This document shows positions 50,659 through 60,777 of a DNA stretch of 64,000 nucleotides, piece by piece. The stretch's first letter is position 1; the number at the start of each line of letters is the position of its first letter. The stretch is from assembly GCA_963691875.1 (NCBI GenBank), contig OY829846.1:3392001-3456000 (forward strand), read 5' to 3'. Source of the DNA: Aureliella sp. (lineage in GTDB: Bacteria; Planctomycetota; Planctomycetia; Pirellulales; Pirellulaceae). The translations under genes and the position numbers were made by a program. The notes beneath the pieces were generated by a model, which made no database searches, had not been told where the DNA came from, and worked only from the letters and a program-made list of their open reading frames with translations.

Positions 50659-51882
50659 TCAGGAGGCTTCTTTCTTATGCTGAAGTAGCGAGAGAATTCG
50701 GGGCACGCCCTGAGAGATGCTTGCAGCTGACACCGGGCCAGAGCTAGACTGCGTCGGCGTGACTCGCAGCTCCGCAACCTGTCGCTGCTGGGCTTCGCTC
50801 TGCGAAGTCGCGACTGCCTGAACATCTTGTACGATGTCGGTGATGTCGATCATTCCAACCGGATGACCGTCGCAACTCACAACCGGAAGTTCACTAATCT
50901 TGAACTCAGCCATTAGCTCTACCGCCTGAGGCATTAAGTCGTCGGCCCTGATGGTCCTGAAATTTCGTGTCATCACGTCGCGCATTGGGCGATCCAATTG
51001 CTCGTCGCGTTGTTGTTCAAGCATCCGCGCGAGGTCACTGTCGGTGAAAATGCCAGACAGCTTCCCGGATGCATCGATCAGCATAATCGCACCACTCCGG
51101 CGACCAGGACGACAGATCTGCACAAATACTTCCCGAATCGTCAGACTTTCGTTCGCGATGCGACAGTCATTCAGGTCTCGCATCGTCTCGGTTACACACT
51201 GCAACTGCTTGCCCAAACTTCCGCCAGGATGAAAGTCACCAAAGTTCTCGCGAGTGAAGGACTTGGCTTGGCTCAAGACTAAGGCTAGGGCGTCGCTGAG
51301 AGCCAGCATGAGCGTAGTGGACGTACTAGGAGCTAATCCCAGTGAACATGCCTCGGCGTGTTTTCCGAGTGGCAGCACGATATCACAGCTGCGTGCAAGT
51401 GTGCTTTCCACATCCCGGGTGATGGCAAGGGTCGTCGGGCCAATCCGGCCATGTGGCCCTGCCTGGCTTGGAAGTAGCGAGACCAAGCGGACAACTTCTT
51501 CCGTCTCTCCGCTGTAGGAAAAGAACACCACCACATCGTTGGCTTGCACGCAGCCCAGATCACCGTGCACTGCTTCTGCGGGGTGAAGAAAATGACTGCT
51601 GGACCCCGTCGAAGATAGCGAGGCAGAGAACTTTTGCGCGACGATGCCAGCCTTGCCGATCCCGCAAGCGACTACCTTGCCCGAACACTGCAGCAAGACT
51701 TCCACTGCATCGCTGAAGCGCGTATCCAAACCAGCTTGAAGAATTTGAAGAGCTGAAGTTTCCTCAGCCAGGATCGCTTTACCACGTTCTAACCAGGACT
51801 CTCTGGCTAGTCCGAGTGCTGGTGGACAAACCGGCCGATTGGGTGGAGCCGGATCGCTCCGCAGGGCCTGCGCTTGGGTCAT
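50659..51882 (-). CDS. kdsD: Arabinose-5-phosphate isomerase (KpsF/GutQ; SIS plus CBS pair)
   Basis: 'GIGKAG', 'FLHPAEAVHGDLG', 'SYSGETEE', 'LAPSTSTT', 'FHPGGSLG', CBS 'GIFTDSDL'. Confidence 0.95.
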   Translation of the reverse strand: MTQAQALRSDPAPPNRPVCPPALGLARESWLERGKAILAEETSALQILQAGLDTRFSDAVEVLLQCSGKVVACGIGKAGIVAQKFSASLSSTGSSSHFLHPAEAVHGDLGCVQANDVVVFFSYSGETEEVVRLVSLLPSQAGPHGRIGPTTLAITRDVESTLARSCDIVLPLGKHAEACSLGLAPSTSTTLMLALSDALALVLSQAKSFTRENFGDFHPGGSLGKQLQCVTETMRDLNDCRIANESLTIREVFVQICRPGRRSGAIMLIDASGKLSGIFTDSDLARMLEQQRDEQLDRPMRDVMTRNFRTIRADDLMPQAVELMAEFKISELPVVSCDGHPVGMIDITDIVQDVQAVATSQSEAQQRQVAELRVTPTQSSSGPVSAASISQGVPRILSLLQHKKEAS

Positions 51883-51942
51883 GCCTTCCTCCTTGTACGT
51901 GTCGCAGAATGCCTTCTCTGCGATGGGGACCTTCCTTGGTCC
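51883..51942 (-). promoter_or_regulatory. Putative CsrA/RsmA binding sites in the kdsD 5' leader
   Basis: mRNA reads GGACC-AAGGAA-GGUCC (GGA hexaloop), then a second hairpin, then ACAAGGAGGA overlapping the SD just before AUG. Confidence 0.5.
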
Positions 51943-52407
51943 GCTGAGATTCTAGTAGACCTCCTGATTGCTGACAACGTTGAACGTCTCACCTTACCAT
52001 TCCCAAGTGGTCCCTCCGCTAACTGGCTTGCTGATGACTGCATTTAAGGCTTCAGCCCGACACTTCCCGCGAAGAGTAAAATCCTTTGGTATTTGCATTG
52101 GATTCCAGATACAAGGGCATCAAAATGAAGCTCCGCCTGATCGTGCGTGAATCTCCCAAGTCTGTTTGATGGTATGCCGATGCTATCAAAAAGTCCCTTC
52201 CAAGATGGCATCTAGTCTCCTGGGAGAATTGGCAGTTGGAATGGCTGCAAAAGAAAACTGAGTTAAACTAGTTGGACCTCGGCCGATTTGACAGTGAGGG
52301 GGTCTAGCGGGACGAACAGTCGACGTCGGGGAGTGAGTCTTCGATAGGTTGACTGAGTTGAGAACGGGGCAGGCCTGAGTCGAAAATCCTCAGGTATTGG
52401 CAATTCG

Positions 52408-53031
52408 ATGAGCTACATAGCCAAGCAATTTCGAAGCTTCTTCAAACGAGCTCGGGATTTTTGTGTGCTCAAAATCCTGCACGCAGATGATCCGCCTCAT
52501 ACGCTCGCACTAGGCATTGCAGTTGGAATGTTCGTGACATTTCTGCCTCTTATTGGATTCCAGATGATGGTTTCCTTCTTTCTTGCTTGGCTCTTGAAAG
52601 CCAACAAGGTGGTCGGAGTCCCGCTCGTGTGGATCTCGAATCCCGTCACGATGCTCCCTATCTACTATCCATGCTACGCCCTTGGCTGCAGGATTCTTGG
52701 GATTGGTGCAGACAACTGGGATCACATAAATGCTGACTGGGAAGTGCTGCGTGCAGATCTCTCAGCTCGTTGGATCGACAAGGTCCAGTTCTGGTGGAAT
52801 ATCGTCGTTGACTCTCTCGCACCGTTGACCGTCGGATGCTTGCTGGTCGCGAGTGTGGCTGGTGTACTCAGTTACTACATCTCACTGTTTTCAATCCGTC
52901 AGTATCGACTGAAAAGATGGGGGCAGCTAATGCCACCCGTTACCACACCAACTGAGTCGATCGAAGACAATGCCGTCGCCAAGAAGGCTGCCCCAGCAAG
53001 CAAGAAGGCCAACGGTGAAACCGCGGCCTGA
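52408..53031 (+). CDS. DUF2062 membrane protein
   Basis: 'DDPPHTLALGIAVGMFVTFLP..GFQ', 'WISNPVT'. Confidence 0.88.
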   Translation: MSYIAKQFRSFFKRARDFCVLKILHADDPPHTLALGIAVGMFVTFLPLIGFQMMVSFFLAWLLKANKVVGVPLVWISNPVTMLPIYYPCYALGCRILGIGADNWDHINADWEVLRADLSARWIDKVQFWWNIVVDSLAPLTVGCLLVASVAGVLSYYISLFSIRQYRLKRWGQLMPPVTTPTESIEDNAVAKKAAPASKKANGETAA

Positions 53032-53073
53032 TGTGCATAGAGTTGGTGTTTTCGAAGGCGATCTTTGCGTTAC

Positions 53074-54039
53074 CTATCCGCCCATGGCTGGGAACATGTC
53101 GCGGGCCATCTGAATGCCAGCAGGGCCGACTAGCACGACGAAGATACCAGGGAAAATGAAGAGAACGAGCGGGAAAATCAACTTCACAGCAGTCTTCGCT
53201 GCTTTCTCTTCCGCAATCTGCTGTCGCCGAACTCGCATGGCATCACTCTGTACGCGCAATGCATTGGCGATACTCGAGCCAAACTTGTCGGCCTGAATCA
53301 GAATTGAAGCCAACGAGCGCAAGTCATCGACACCAGTGCGGATACCGAGATCCGTCAATACCTGGTTCCGTGCTCGGCCCATCTGAAGCTGTAAATTGCA
53401 CAAGCCAAACTCTTCGGCCACAATCCGATAGCTCTTCTTCATCTCTTGCGAAACGCGACGCATAGCTTGGTCCAATCCAAGACCTGCTTCAACACAAACA
53501 ACTAGCAAATCCAGTGCATCGGGGAGCCCTTGGAAGATCTGTTGTTTTCGCCGCTTGACGAGTTGACCGAGAATAAAGGTCGGAAGGAAAAACCCAGCTC
53601 CAGCAATACCAGTCGCTCGAATCGCTGCGGTCATCGAAAAACCGTAGAGAAGAACCGAGATTCCACCACCGGCACACAGAAACACAATCGCTGTAATAGC
53701 GCGAATCGAGAGGTAGACCATCGGAGCGCCTTCGCTACGAAAGCCTGCCTCGACCAAGCCCTGCTTGAGCTTGCTCATCTCTTCTTCGGTCTTCGGTGCC
53801 AGGGGCTTGGCAAGCGTTGGGGAAGCTTTCTCAAGAGCTCGAGTCAGTACCTCAGCCTTGTTCTCCTTCCCCTCCTCGCTCTTACGTCGAGGATCACTCA
53901 ATTCCTGTAAGCGTCGTTCTGCACGGTCATCCTTGTCCATGAAATGGCTGAGTAATAACCAAGTCAATGCACCGAATGAGAGAAAGATGGCAACCGGGAT
54001 AACAACGGCGTTGGAAATTTCGAATGCTAAGAGGAACAT
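53074..54039 (-). CDS. tadC: Tad pilus assembly protein TadC (T2SS F family)
   Basis: 'LPDALDLLVVCVEAGLGLDQA', 'AEEKAAKTAVKLIFPLVLFIFP'. Confidence 0.93.
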   Translation of the reverse strand: MFLLAFEISNAVVIPVAIFLSFGALTWLLLSHFMDKDDRAERRLQELSDPRRKSEEGKENKAEVLTRALEKASPTLAKPLAPKTEEEMSKLKQGLVEAGFRSEGAPMVYLSIRAITAIVFLCAGGGISVLLYGFSMTAAIRATGIAGAGFFLPTFILGQLVKRRKQQIFQGLPDALDLLVVCVEAGLGLDQAMRRVSQEMKKSYRIVAEEFGLCNLQLQMGRARNQVLTDLGIRTGVDDLRSLASILIQADKFGSSIANALRVQSDAMRVRRQQIAEEKAAKTAVKLIFPLVLFIFPGIFVVLVGPAGIQMARDMFPAMGG

Positions 54040-54043
54040 TAGT

Positions 54044-55015
54044 CTAAACCTTCACGTTGATGATCTTGCGGATTACCAGAGCACCCAAGAATTGCATGAC
54101 GATGGCACCTGCCATAAGCTTTCTTCCCGTAGGATCACAGAACAAAACCATCGCGTAGTCATAGTTCAAGTAGAGCATGGTGATCATGAGAACTGGCGGC
54201 AGGGCCAACAATACAATCCCAGACAGGCGGCCTTCCCCGGTCAAAGCAGCAATCTGCCCAGCAAGCTTGAATCTTTCACGAATCAAGGTGCCGATCTTGT
54301 CCAGAATCTCTGCCAGGTCACCACCAGTCTGACGCTGCAGCATAACGGCTGTCGCGAAAAACCGGAGGTCCATATTGGGAACCCGCTCCGTCATATCTTC
54401 CAGAGCTTCGTCAAGCGTTACACCCAAGTTTTGCTCTTCGAACGCGCGACCGAACTCCTTGCCGATGGGATTATGAAGCTCGCTAGCTACGAGACCAAAT
54501 CCTGACGCCAAACTGTGACCGGCGCGAAGCGACCGAGATAAAAGCTCTAATGCTTCTGGTAGCTGAGCGTTGAACTTTGCCATTCGCTTTTTACGTTTCA
54601 GAAATAACCAAACGACGGGAAGACCTCCTGTCGTCAAGGCAAATACTGGCATCAACCAAACAGGAACGGGCGTTACGACACAGATGACTGCACCCGCAGC
54701 ACCGGCCATCAAGCAGATCGTCAAGAACTTCGAGCCAGACATACTTACGTCGGCTTGCTCCATCAAGTTGGAGATATTTCCCAGCTTCGCTAGGACCTGA
54801 TCCGCGAACGACCCACCTTCGTCGAAGGTGTCAGCGGTGAGCAAACTCGCGCCATTCTCGCCCTGTTCCCCGCTACTCTTTCTCGAAACTCCGGTCAGTA
54901 ATGCAAGCCGGTCTTCAGCTGTGTTTTCTTCTGTAGGCCGAAATGACAGCGCGACAAAGCCAATAAGGCTCGCGAAGCCGATCGCTACGGAAACGAAGAT
55001 AATGACTGGTAACAT
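54044..55015 (-). CDS. tadB: Tad pilus assembly protein TadB (T2SS F family)
   Basis: 'QLPEALELLSRSLRAGHS', 'QRQTGGDLAEIL', 'ALTGEGRLSG'. Confidence 0.93.
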   Translation of the reverse strand: MLPVIIFVSVAIGFASLIGFVALSFRPTEENTAEDRLALLTGVSRKSSGEQGENGASLLTADTFDEGGSFADQVLAKLGNISNLMEQADVSMSGSKFLTICLMAGAAGAVICVVTPVPVWLMPVFALTTGGLPVVWLFLKRKKRMAKFNAQLPEALELLSRSLRAGHSLASGFGLVASELHNPIGKEFGRAFEEQNLGVTLDEALEDMTERVPNMDLRFFATAVMLQRQTGGDLAEILDKIGTLIRERFKLAGQIAALTGEGRLSGIVLLALPPVLMITMLYLNYDYAMVLFCDPTGRKLMAGAIVMQFLGALVIRKIINVKV

Positions 55016-55130
55016 AACTTAGTCTCGCCTCACCCTTCGGGTGCAAAATAGAGTACGAGTATTGGGCGAATGCGAAAGCTGACTTTCTAGGAGCCGAGTC
55101 AGCTCTGAGCCGTTGATCCGAACGCTTGAA

Positions 55131-56447
55131 TTAGGCTTCCATGATGTTTCGTTGACGAAATGCACTTGCAGGCAAGCGGACCCCGGCTGATTCCAAGCGA
55201 TGCATGAACGACGGACGCACACCCGTGCACTCAAAGTGACCGTGAGCTTTTCCGTCTTCGTTGATTCCGTCCTGCACGAATTTGTAAATATCTTGCATGA
55301 CGACGGTTTCTTGCTCCATCCCCGTGATCTCGGTGATGTGAGTCACGCGACGCGGACCACCTTGCAAACGGTTCGCCTGAATGATCACATCCACCGCACT
55401 AGAAACTTGCTGACGAATCGCCTTGATTGGCAACTCAAAGCCGGCCATCATGACCAGAGTTTCCAGACGAGCGACACCATCTCGAGGATTGTTGGCGTGA
55501 ATCGTGGTGAGCGACCCGTCGTGCCCCGTGTTCATAGCCTGAAGCATGTCAAGTGTTTCACCGCCACGACACTCACCGATGATGATCCGCTCAGGACGCA
55601 TCCGCAGAGCATTCTTCACTAGGTCGGTTGCCGTGACCGCACCGTTGCCTTCGATATTCGGCGGGCGAGTTTCCAGACGGACAACGTGTTCCTGTTGCAG
55701 CTGCAGCTCGGCTGCGTCCTCAATCGTGACGATACGCTGGTCGTTCGGGATAAAACTACTGAGCGTGTTCAGCAGTGTGGTCTTACCAGAACCAGTACCA
55801 CCACAGATGATCATATTCAATCTCGCTTTGATACAGCCTTCAAGCAGCATCACCATTTCAGGTGTCAAAGCTTTGTAATTCAATAAATCCTCGAGCTTCA
55901 GCGGGTTCGATCCAAAACGACGAATCGACACTGCAGCACCGTCAAGCGCGAGCGGCGGAATGATCGCGTTGACCCGCGAACCGTCTTCTAGACGAGCATC
56001 CACCATTGGGCAAGTTTCATCGACACGCCGTCCAACCTTGGATACGATCCGGTCGATGATCTGCATCAAGTGAGTGTTGTCGCGGAACTCAACTTCTGTC
56101 CGCTCCAGCTGGCCACGTTTTTCAACAAAGATGTGCTTTGGACCGTTGATCATAATATCGCTGATCGACGCGTCCTTGAGGATCAACTCAAGTGGTCCAA
56201 GACCAAATGTTTCATCTAGAACTTCCTCGATGATCCGGTCACGCTCATTGCGATTCAACAGCGTGTTTTCTGCATCGCAAAGGTGTTCGACAACCAAGCG
56301 AATTTCTTTGCGAAGTTGGTCGCCCTGCATCTCGCCAACACGACTCAGGTCTAGCTTGTCGACGAGCTTATTGTGAATCCGACGCTTGATCAGTTCGAAT
56401 TCTTCTGCCTTCGATGTTTCTGTGCGTTGCTTATTAAGAGTCTTCAT
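55131..56447 (-). CDS. cpaF: Tad pilus assembly ATPase CpaF/TadA
   Basis: 'GLGPLE', 'PMVDARL.DGSRVNA', Walker A 'GGTGSGKTT', 'IEDAAEL', '[16 protein letters not shown]', '[13 protein letters not shown]'. Confidence 0.96.
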   Translation of the reverse strand: MKTLNKQRTETSKAEEFELIKRRIHNKLVDKLDLSRVGEMQGDQLRKEIRLVVEHLCDAENTLLNRNERDRIIEEVLDETFGLGPLELILKDASISDIMINGPKHIFVEKRGQLERTEVEFRDNTHLMQIIDRIVSKVGRRVDETCPMVDARLEDGSRVNAIIPPLALDGAAVSIRRFGSNPLKLEDLLNYKALTPEMVMLLEGCIKARLNMIICGGTGSGKTTLLNTLSSFIPNDQRIVTIEDAAELQLQQEHVVRLETRPPNIEGNGAVTATDLVKNALRMRPERIIIGECRGGETLDMLQAMNTGHDGSLTTIHANNPRDGVARLETLVMMAGFELPIKAIRQQVSSAVDVIIQANRLQGGPRRVTHITEITGMEQETVVMQDIYKFVQDGINEDGKAHGHFECTGVRPSFMHRLESAGVRLPASAFRQRNIMEA

Positions 56448-56520
56448 TTCGCAGCCCGCGGACGTATTGTGATGACTCGGTTTACCTTTACACCTAGGCG
56501 TCCTATCACTTAGGTGGAAA

Positions 56521-56549
56521 CCGCAGCAAGTACGCAATACTTGCTGTGG
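56521..56549 (-). other. Strong stem-loop upstream of cpaF (terminator or leader structure)
   Basis: CCGCAGCAAGTA-CGCAA-TACTTGCTGTGG. A second hairpin lies at 56491-56516. Confidence 0.5.
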
Positions 56550-56629
56550 AAGCTTACATCACGGCTAACGTTAACCTTGCGGGTCGCACTCTGTTTACAA
56601 AAAAAGACAGAAAAAAAGGGTGGAGGGTC

Positions 56630-57472
56630 TTACGGTTGGGTATCCCCTTTTTTGACAGGAAAACGGTCTGATAGATACACCCGAGCTACATCAACCATAT
56701 AACCGCTATCACCGTACCCCAAACTTTGCTTGAGGTGTTTCGCCGCGAGCTCCGGTCGCCCCAGGCTATCATGGTACAAGCCAATGTATAGGTCCGCGTA
56801 GAATTGAGCGCGACGACGGGCTGTAGCACCTTTCGTATTTTTGAGGGCCGCTTTCATGACTTCATCAGTCTTTAGTTCACCCTTGAGCATTTGCAAGATA
56901 CTCATCATGGGCTCGCGTCCATCCCCTCGACTGGGAATTACCGTTTTCTTGGCAGCTTCTATCCCGTCGGTCTTAGCAACACACAAAAAGTACCAAGCCG
57001 AGTTCTCGACATCATCTGGATTTACATCATGGTGGATCTTGAACTGTTCGGCACCGCGTTTGAAATCGCCGACGGAACATAAAGCGATACCGCGCTGCCA
57101 GTTTCGCGCCGCGGACTCAGGAACCAACTCGACGACTTTGTCAAACAACGGGACGCTCTTCCTCGACTCACCGCTGCGGTACAGTATCTCGGCTGAGCCC
57201 TGCAAGATTCCAGGTGATTTCTTCCCGAGTTCTGCTGCTTTTTCAGCAAGCTTGCAGGCCTCCTTGAACTTCTCGTCTTCGAACAGTTTCTCCGCTTCGA
57301 TCAGCGACTTCACCGCTTTCTTCAGGCTGTCATCCTCCTGGGCGGAGATGAAAGAAAGAAAGAAAAGGCTGTGAATCAACGCAACGACAGAGAATGCGAT
57401 CACGAAACGGCGTAGAAAACGGTTGGTTATAGCAACTGACACGGCGACACTTCTCCTTGCGAAATCAGGCAA
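56630..57472 (-). CDS. NlpI-like TPR protein
   Basis: 'WQRGIAL...[26 protein letters not shown]', '[10 protein letters not shown]'. Start uncertain. Confidence 0.8.
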   Translation of the reverse strand: MPDFARRSVAVSVAITNRFLRRFVIAFSVVALIHSLFFLSFISAQEDDSLKKAVKSLIEAEKLFEDEKFKEACKLAEKAAELGKKSPGILQGSAEILYRSGESRKSVPLFDKVVELVPESAARNWQRGIALCSVGDFKRGAEQFKIHHDVNPDDVENSAWYFLCVAKTDGIEAAKKTVIPSRGDGREPMMSILQMLKGELKTDEVMKAALKNTKGATARRRAQFYADLYIGLYHDSLGRPELAAKHLKQSLGYGDSGYMVDVARVYLSDRFPVKKGDTQP

Positions 57473-57573
57473 ACAAGCTTATCGTCGCCATCATAGCCCA
57501 GACGGCGAGGCCGAACGGTATAGAAAGCCGCCATCTTCCGATTCTGCTACAGACCCACAAGCGATCAATTCAC

Positions 57574-58926
57574 ATGCCAACCACCCTGATCCGCGACGCT
57601 CAAGTCGTCTTACCTGCGCAAACGGTCGAAACAAATGTCCTGTTGGAAGACAGCAAGATCTTCGCCATTGACGCCGCTCGCGATCAAGGCGCCGATGAAG
57701 TCATTGAAGCCGAAGGCCTGACACTGCTTCCGGGAGTCATTGACGACCAAGTCCATTTTCGTGAGCCAGGTCTTACGCACAAAGAAGACATCGCGACAGG
57801 CAGCATTGGCTGCGCGGCGGGTGGCATCACGACCTTCTTGGAAATGCCAAACACGAACCCACCAGCGGTTGATCGTGAGCACTTGCAGTGGAAGTACGAT
57901 CGAGCCGCGAAAGTAAGCCGCGTGAACTATGGCTTTTATATTGGCGCCACCGGAGACAACGTGGCCGAACTGCAGGACTGCGATTTCGCGCCAGGTATCA
58001 AGATCTTCATTGGTTCGAGCACCGGTAATCTGCTGGTCGACCAACAAGAAGCCTTAGAACGAATTTTTGCTGAAACGACTCTGCCGATCTGCGCACACTG
58101 CGAAGATGAAACCACAGTGCGAAATAATCGAGCGCGGCTGGAGGCCGCTGGCAAACTGACCATTCACGATCACTCTCGCATTCGCGACCACGAGGCTGCG
58201 ATCGTCTCCACCCGCCGCGCCATCGATCTCGCCACGCGACACCAACATCGCTTTCATGTGCTGCACGTCAGCACTGGCGCGGAAGTACCGGAGATAAAAG
58301 CCGCGAAACCATGGATCACTGCCGAGGCATGCCCGCATCATTTGTTCTTCTCGGTCGAGGACTACGATCGACTGGGAAGTCTCGTCCAGATGAATCCAAG
58401 TGTCAAGAACCCTGAAGACAACGTCCAAGTCTGGCAAGCACTTATGGACAACGACATTCAAGTCATCGCTACCGATCACGCTCCACACACCTGGAAAGAA
58501 AAGCAGCAGGATTATCCTGCTTCACCCAGCGGGCTACCTGCAGTGGAGAACAGCTTGGGGCTGATCCTGCGACAGGTGGTAGATGGCAAATGCACACTTC
58601 AGCAAGTCGCCGCCTGGATGTCCGATGCACCTGCTCGAGTTTGGGGGATGGTGGGCAAGGGCCGCATTGAAGTGGGCTACGACGCCGACCTTGTGCTCGT
58701 CGACATGAATCTTGAGCACGACATCATAAACGAGAAGCAATTCACCAAGAGCCGCTGGAGTCCTTGGGCAGGCGAGACGTTGCCAACCAGCGTCATTCGC
58801 ACCCTCGTCGGTGGCAAAACGGTCTTTATGAACGGCGCGGTCTCATTAGAGGCTCATGGCAGTCCCGTTCGCTGCGATCATGGTCGGGGAGGCTACTGGA
58901 ACACCCACGACGGCATCGGCCTGTAA
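57574..58926 (+). CDS. pyrC: Dihydroorotase (amidohydrolase superfamily)
   Basis: '[14 protein letters not shown]', 'EMPNT.P', 'HCED', 'LHVST', 'ATDHAPHT', 'GYDADLVL'. Confidence 0.9.
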   Translation: MPTTLIRDAQVVLPAQTVETNVLLEDSKIFAIDAARDQGADEVIEAEGLTLLPGVIDDQVHFREPGLTHKEDIATGSIGCAAGGITTFLEMPNTNPPAVDREHLQWKYDRAAKVSRVNYGFYIGATGDNVAELQDCDFAPGIKIFIGSSTGNLLVDQQEALERIFAETTLPICAHCEDETTVRNNRARLEAAGKLTIHDHSRIRDHEAAIVSTRRAIDLATRHQHRFHVLHVSTGAEVPEIKAAKPWITAEACPHHLFFSVEDYDRLGSLVQMNPSVKNPEDNVQVWQALMDNDIQVIATDHAPHTWKEKQQDYPASPSGLPAVENSLGLILRQVVDGKCTLQQVAAWMSDAPARVWGMVGKGRIEVGYDADLVLVDMNLEHDIINEKQFTKSRWSPWAGETLPTSVIRTLVGGKTVFMNGAVSLEAHGSPVRCDHGRGGYWNTHDGIGL

Positions 58927-58965
58927 GTCACAAACTAGAAGAAGAAGCTTGCTCACTTCAGACTG

Positions 58966-59012
58966 AAACGAAAAAAGCCGCATCACTTCATGGCGATGCG
59001 GCTCTTTCGTTT
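58966..59012. terminator. Bidirectional rho-independent terminator
   Basis: AAACGAAAAAAGCCGCATC-loop-GATGCGGCTCTTTCGTTT between the convergent pyrC and beta-propeller genes. Confidence 0.85.
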
Positions 59013-59031
59013 TCTTCTTGTGAAGCAGTGC

Positions 59032-60600
59032 CTATTCTTCAATCGGCTCTGACTTGGCACCCGCTTTGACAACCCAGAGTTTGGCTGGATTCTCAGTCAT
59101 GTAATAGAGCTTGCCATTAGCTGCAATCGGAGTCGTCCGGATCTTGGTTCCGTCGAAGTGACCGATCTCTGCGATCAAGTTCAACTCTCTGCTGTGCTCG
59201 AAAACATACAGAATACCATCGTCGTTCCCGATGAAGACTTTGTCATCAACCAAGTACGGAGAGGACCAAGTGTTCGAGAACATACTCTCTACCCAATGCA
59301 CCTCACCAGTCTGAGCGTCCAAGCAGTGAACGTGTCCACCAAGCTCTGCCACATACAACAGGTCATCCTGGATGGCACAAGTAGACATGCTGCGACCAAA
59401 GTAATAAGTCTCGCCTGTTTCACTTGGATTCTCGCGAGTAGCAGGGCCACCATAGTGCCATACCTGAGCGGAATCTGGATTGGGCTTCTCAACCAGCTCT
59501 GGCTCGCGCGAAACAAGCAAAGTTGGCGATAGATCCTTGTCGGCGTTCGTTGGCTTCTTGGTAATATCGATGCAATACAAGTGGCCAACACCCGTGTCGT
59601 GCTCAGGATCCTGCCCAACGCTGATGTAAAGCTTGTCGTCATAGACAACTGGAGTTGCAACAAAGTCGTTAGCAGTACCACGACCACCTAGCTTGTAGAC
59701 GGCGTCTTTCGGATTGCAATCAAACTTCCAAAGTAACTCACCGGTCTTAGGTTCGAAGCTATAAACCCAGCCATCTCCGCCTGGAAAGATCATCTGTGGC
59801 TCGCCGCCTTCGGGTTCAGCATAAGTCGGATTCGACCACTGACCGTGCATCAAGCTGCGAAATGACTTGCTGGGCAAGTTGCTACTCCAAAGCACTTCGC
59901 CGTTGTTCTTGTTCAATGCGAGAAAACTTGGAGCGTTCTCTGCAGGCACTCGAAGGTGGGCGGCATCGACACCATTACTTGTGATCAAAAAAAGCGTGTC
60001 GCCCAAGATCAGCGGCGAGCAGGTGGCGATATTGTGCGGGAACACGTTCAGCGGCTTGCCAATCATATCCACCTTCCAAATGATCTCCCCATTGTTGATG
60101 TTCGCGCAAATCACTTCGCAACGATTGCCGATGTAGTAAAAGCGATCACCTTCAATGGCTGGCGTTGAGCAGATACCTTGTTGAGGCCAATCCCAAACAC
60201 GACCAGCGGCGAGTTTGTCGTGGACGATCTGCCACAAGAAGGAACCATCTTCCTCGTTGAAGCACATCATCACGCCTTTGTCGCCCGTGATGCTCTTATC
60301 ACGAGGAAACTCATTGTTCGTTCCGATCAGAATCTTGCCATTGCTGACGACAGGTCCACCATAAGCTCGCGAACCGAGCTGGACGGAATAGAGAATGTTC
60401 TCGCCTTCAAAGATATCCCACTCTTCTGGAATCCCTTTGACGTTCGGGTTCACAAAGTTCCGCTTGAGGTGACCGGCGTACATGGGCCAGTCCTTCTTGG
60501 GCGGATCAAGCTGCTTGGATTCTTGAGCTCGAACTTGCATCGAGCCTGCTCCGAAAAGCAGCACGAGGGAAAATGCGCTAAGTGCATGAGCCATACGCAT
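59032..60600 (-). CDS. Secreted PQQ-like beta-propeller protein
   Basis: Signal peptide, 'DWPMYAG', blade motifs. Clear paralog of 14743-16344. Confidence 0.88.
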   Translation of the reverse strand: MRMAHALSAFSLVLLFGAGSMQVRAQESKQLDPPKKDWPMYAGHLKRNFVNPNVKGIPEEWDIFEGENILYSVQLGSRAYGGPVVSNGKILIGTNNEFPRDKSITGDKGVMMCFNEEDGSFLWQIVHDKLAAGRVWDWPQQGICSTPAIEGDRFYYIGNRCEVICANINNGEIIWKVDMIGKPLNVFPHNIATCSPLILGDTLFLITSNGVDAAHLRVPAENAPSFLALNKNNGEVLWSSNLPSKSFRSLMHGQWSNPTYAEPEGGEPQMIFPGGDGWVYSFEPKTGELLWKFDCNPKDAVYKLGGRGTANDFVATPVVYDDKLYISVGQDPEHDTGVGHLYCIDITKKPTNADKDLSPTLLVSREPELVEKPNPDSAQVWHYGGPATRENPSETGETYYFGRSMSTCAIQDDLLYVAELGGHVHCLDAQTGEVHWVESMFSNTWSSPYLVDDKVFIGNDDGILYVFEHSRELNLIAEIGHFDGTKIRTTPIAANGKLYYMTENPAKLWVVKAGAKSEPIEE

Positions 60601-60777
60601 GGTTGATCGTCTCCGTATTCTCGACCGAGTGTCGATTGGTTTCTTGTTTCTTGAGTTTGAGTGGTGCAAGTTTCAGACCAGCAACACGTCGAATGTCAAT
60701 TTACTTAGCCGGCGGCCCTAGCCGCTCGCAACACGCTGACCGAAATACTCGAGGCAAGCGTGTTCGGCTCACGATTG

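Noticed and set aside
56448..56629. c-di-GMP riboswitch upstream of cpaF
   Set aside because: Hairpins are present but the GEMM features (GGCAAACC, GNRA tetraloop/receptor) are absent.
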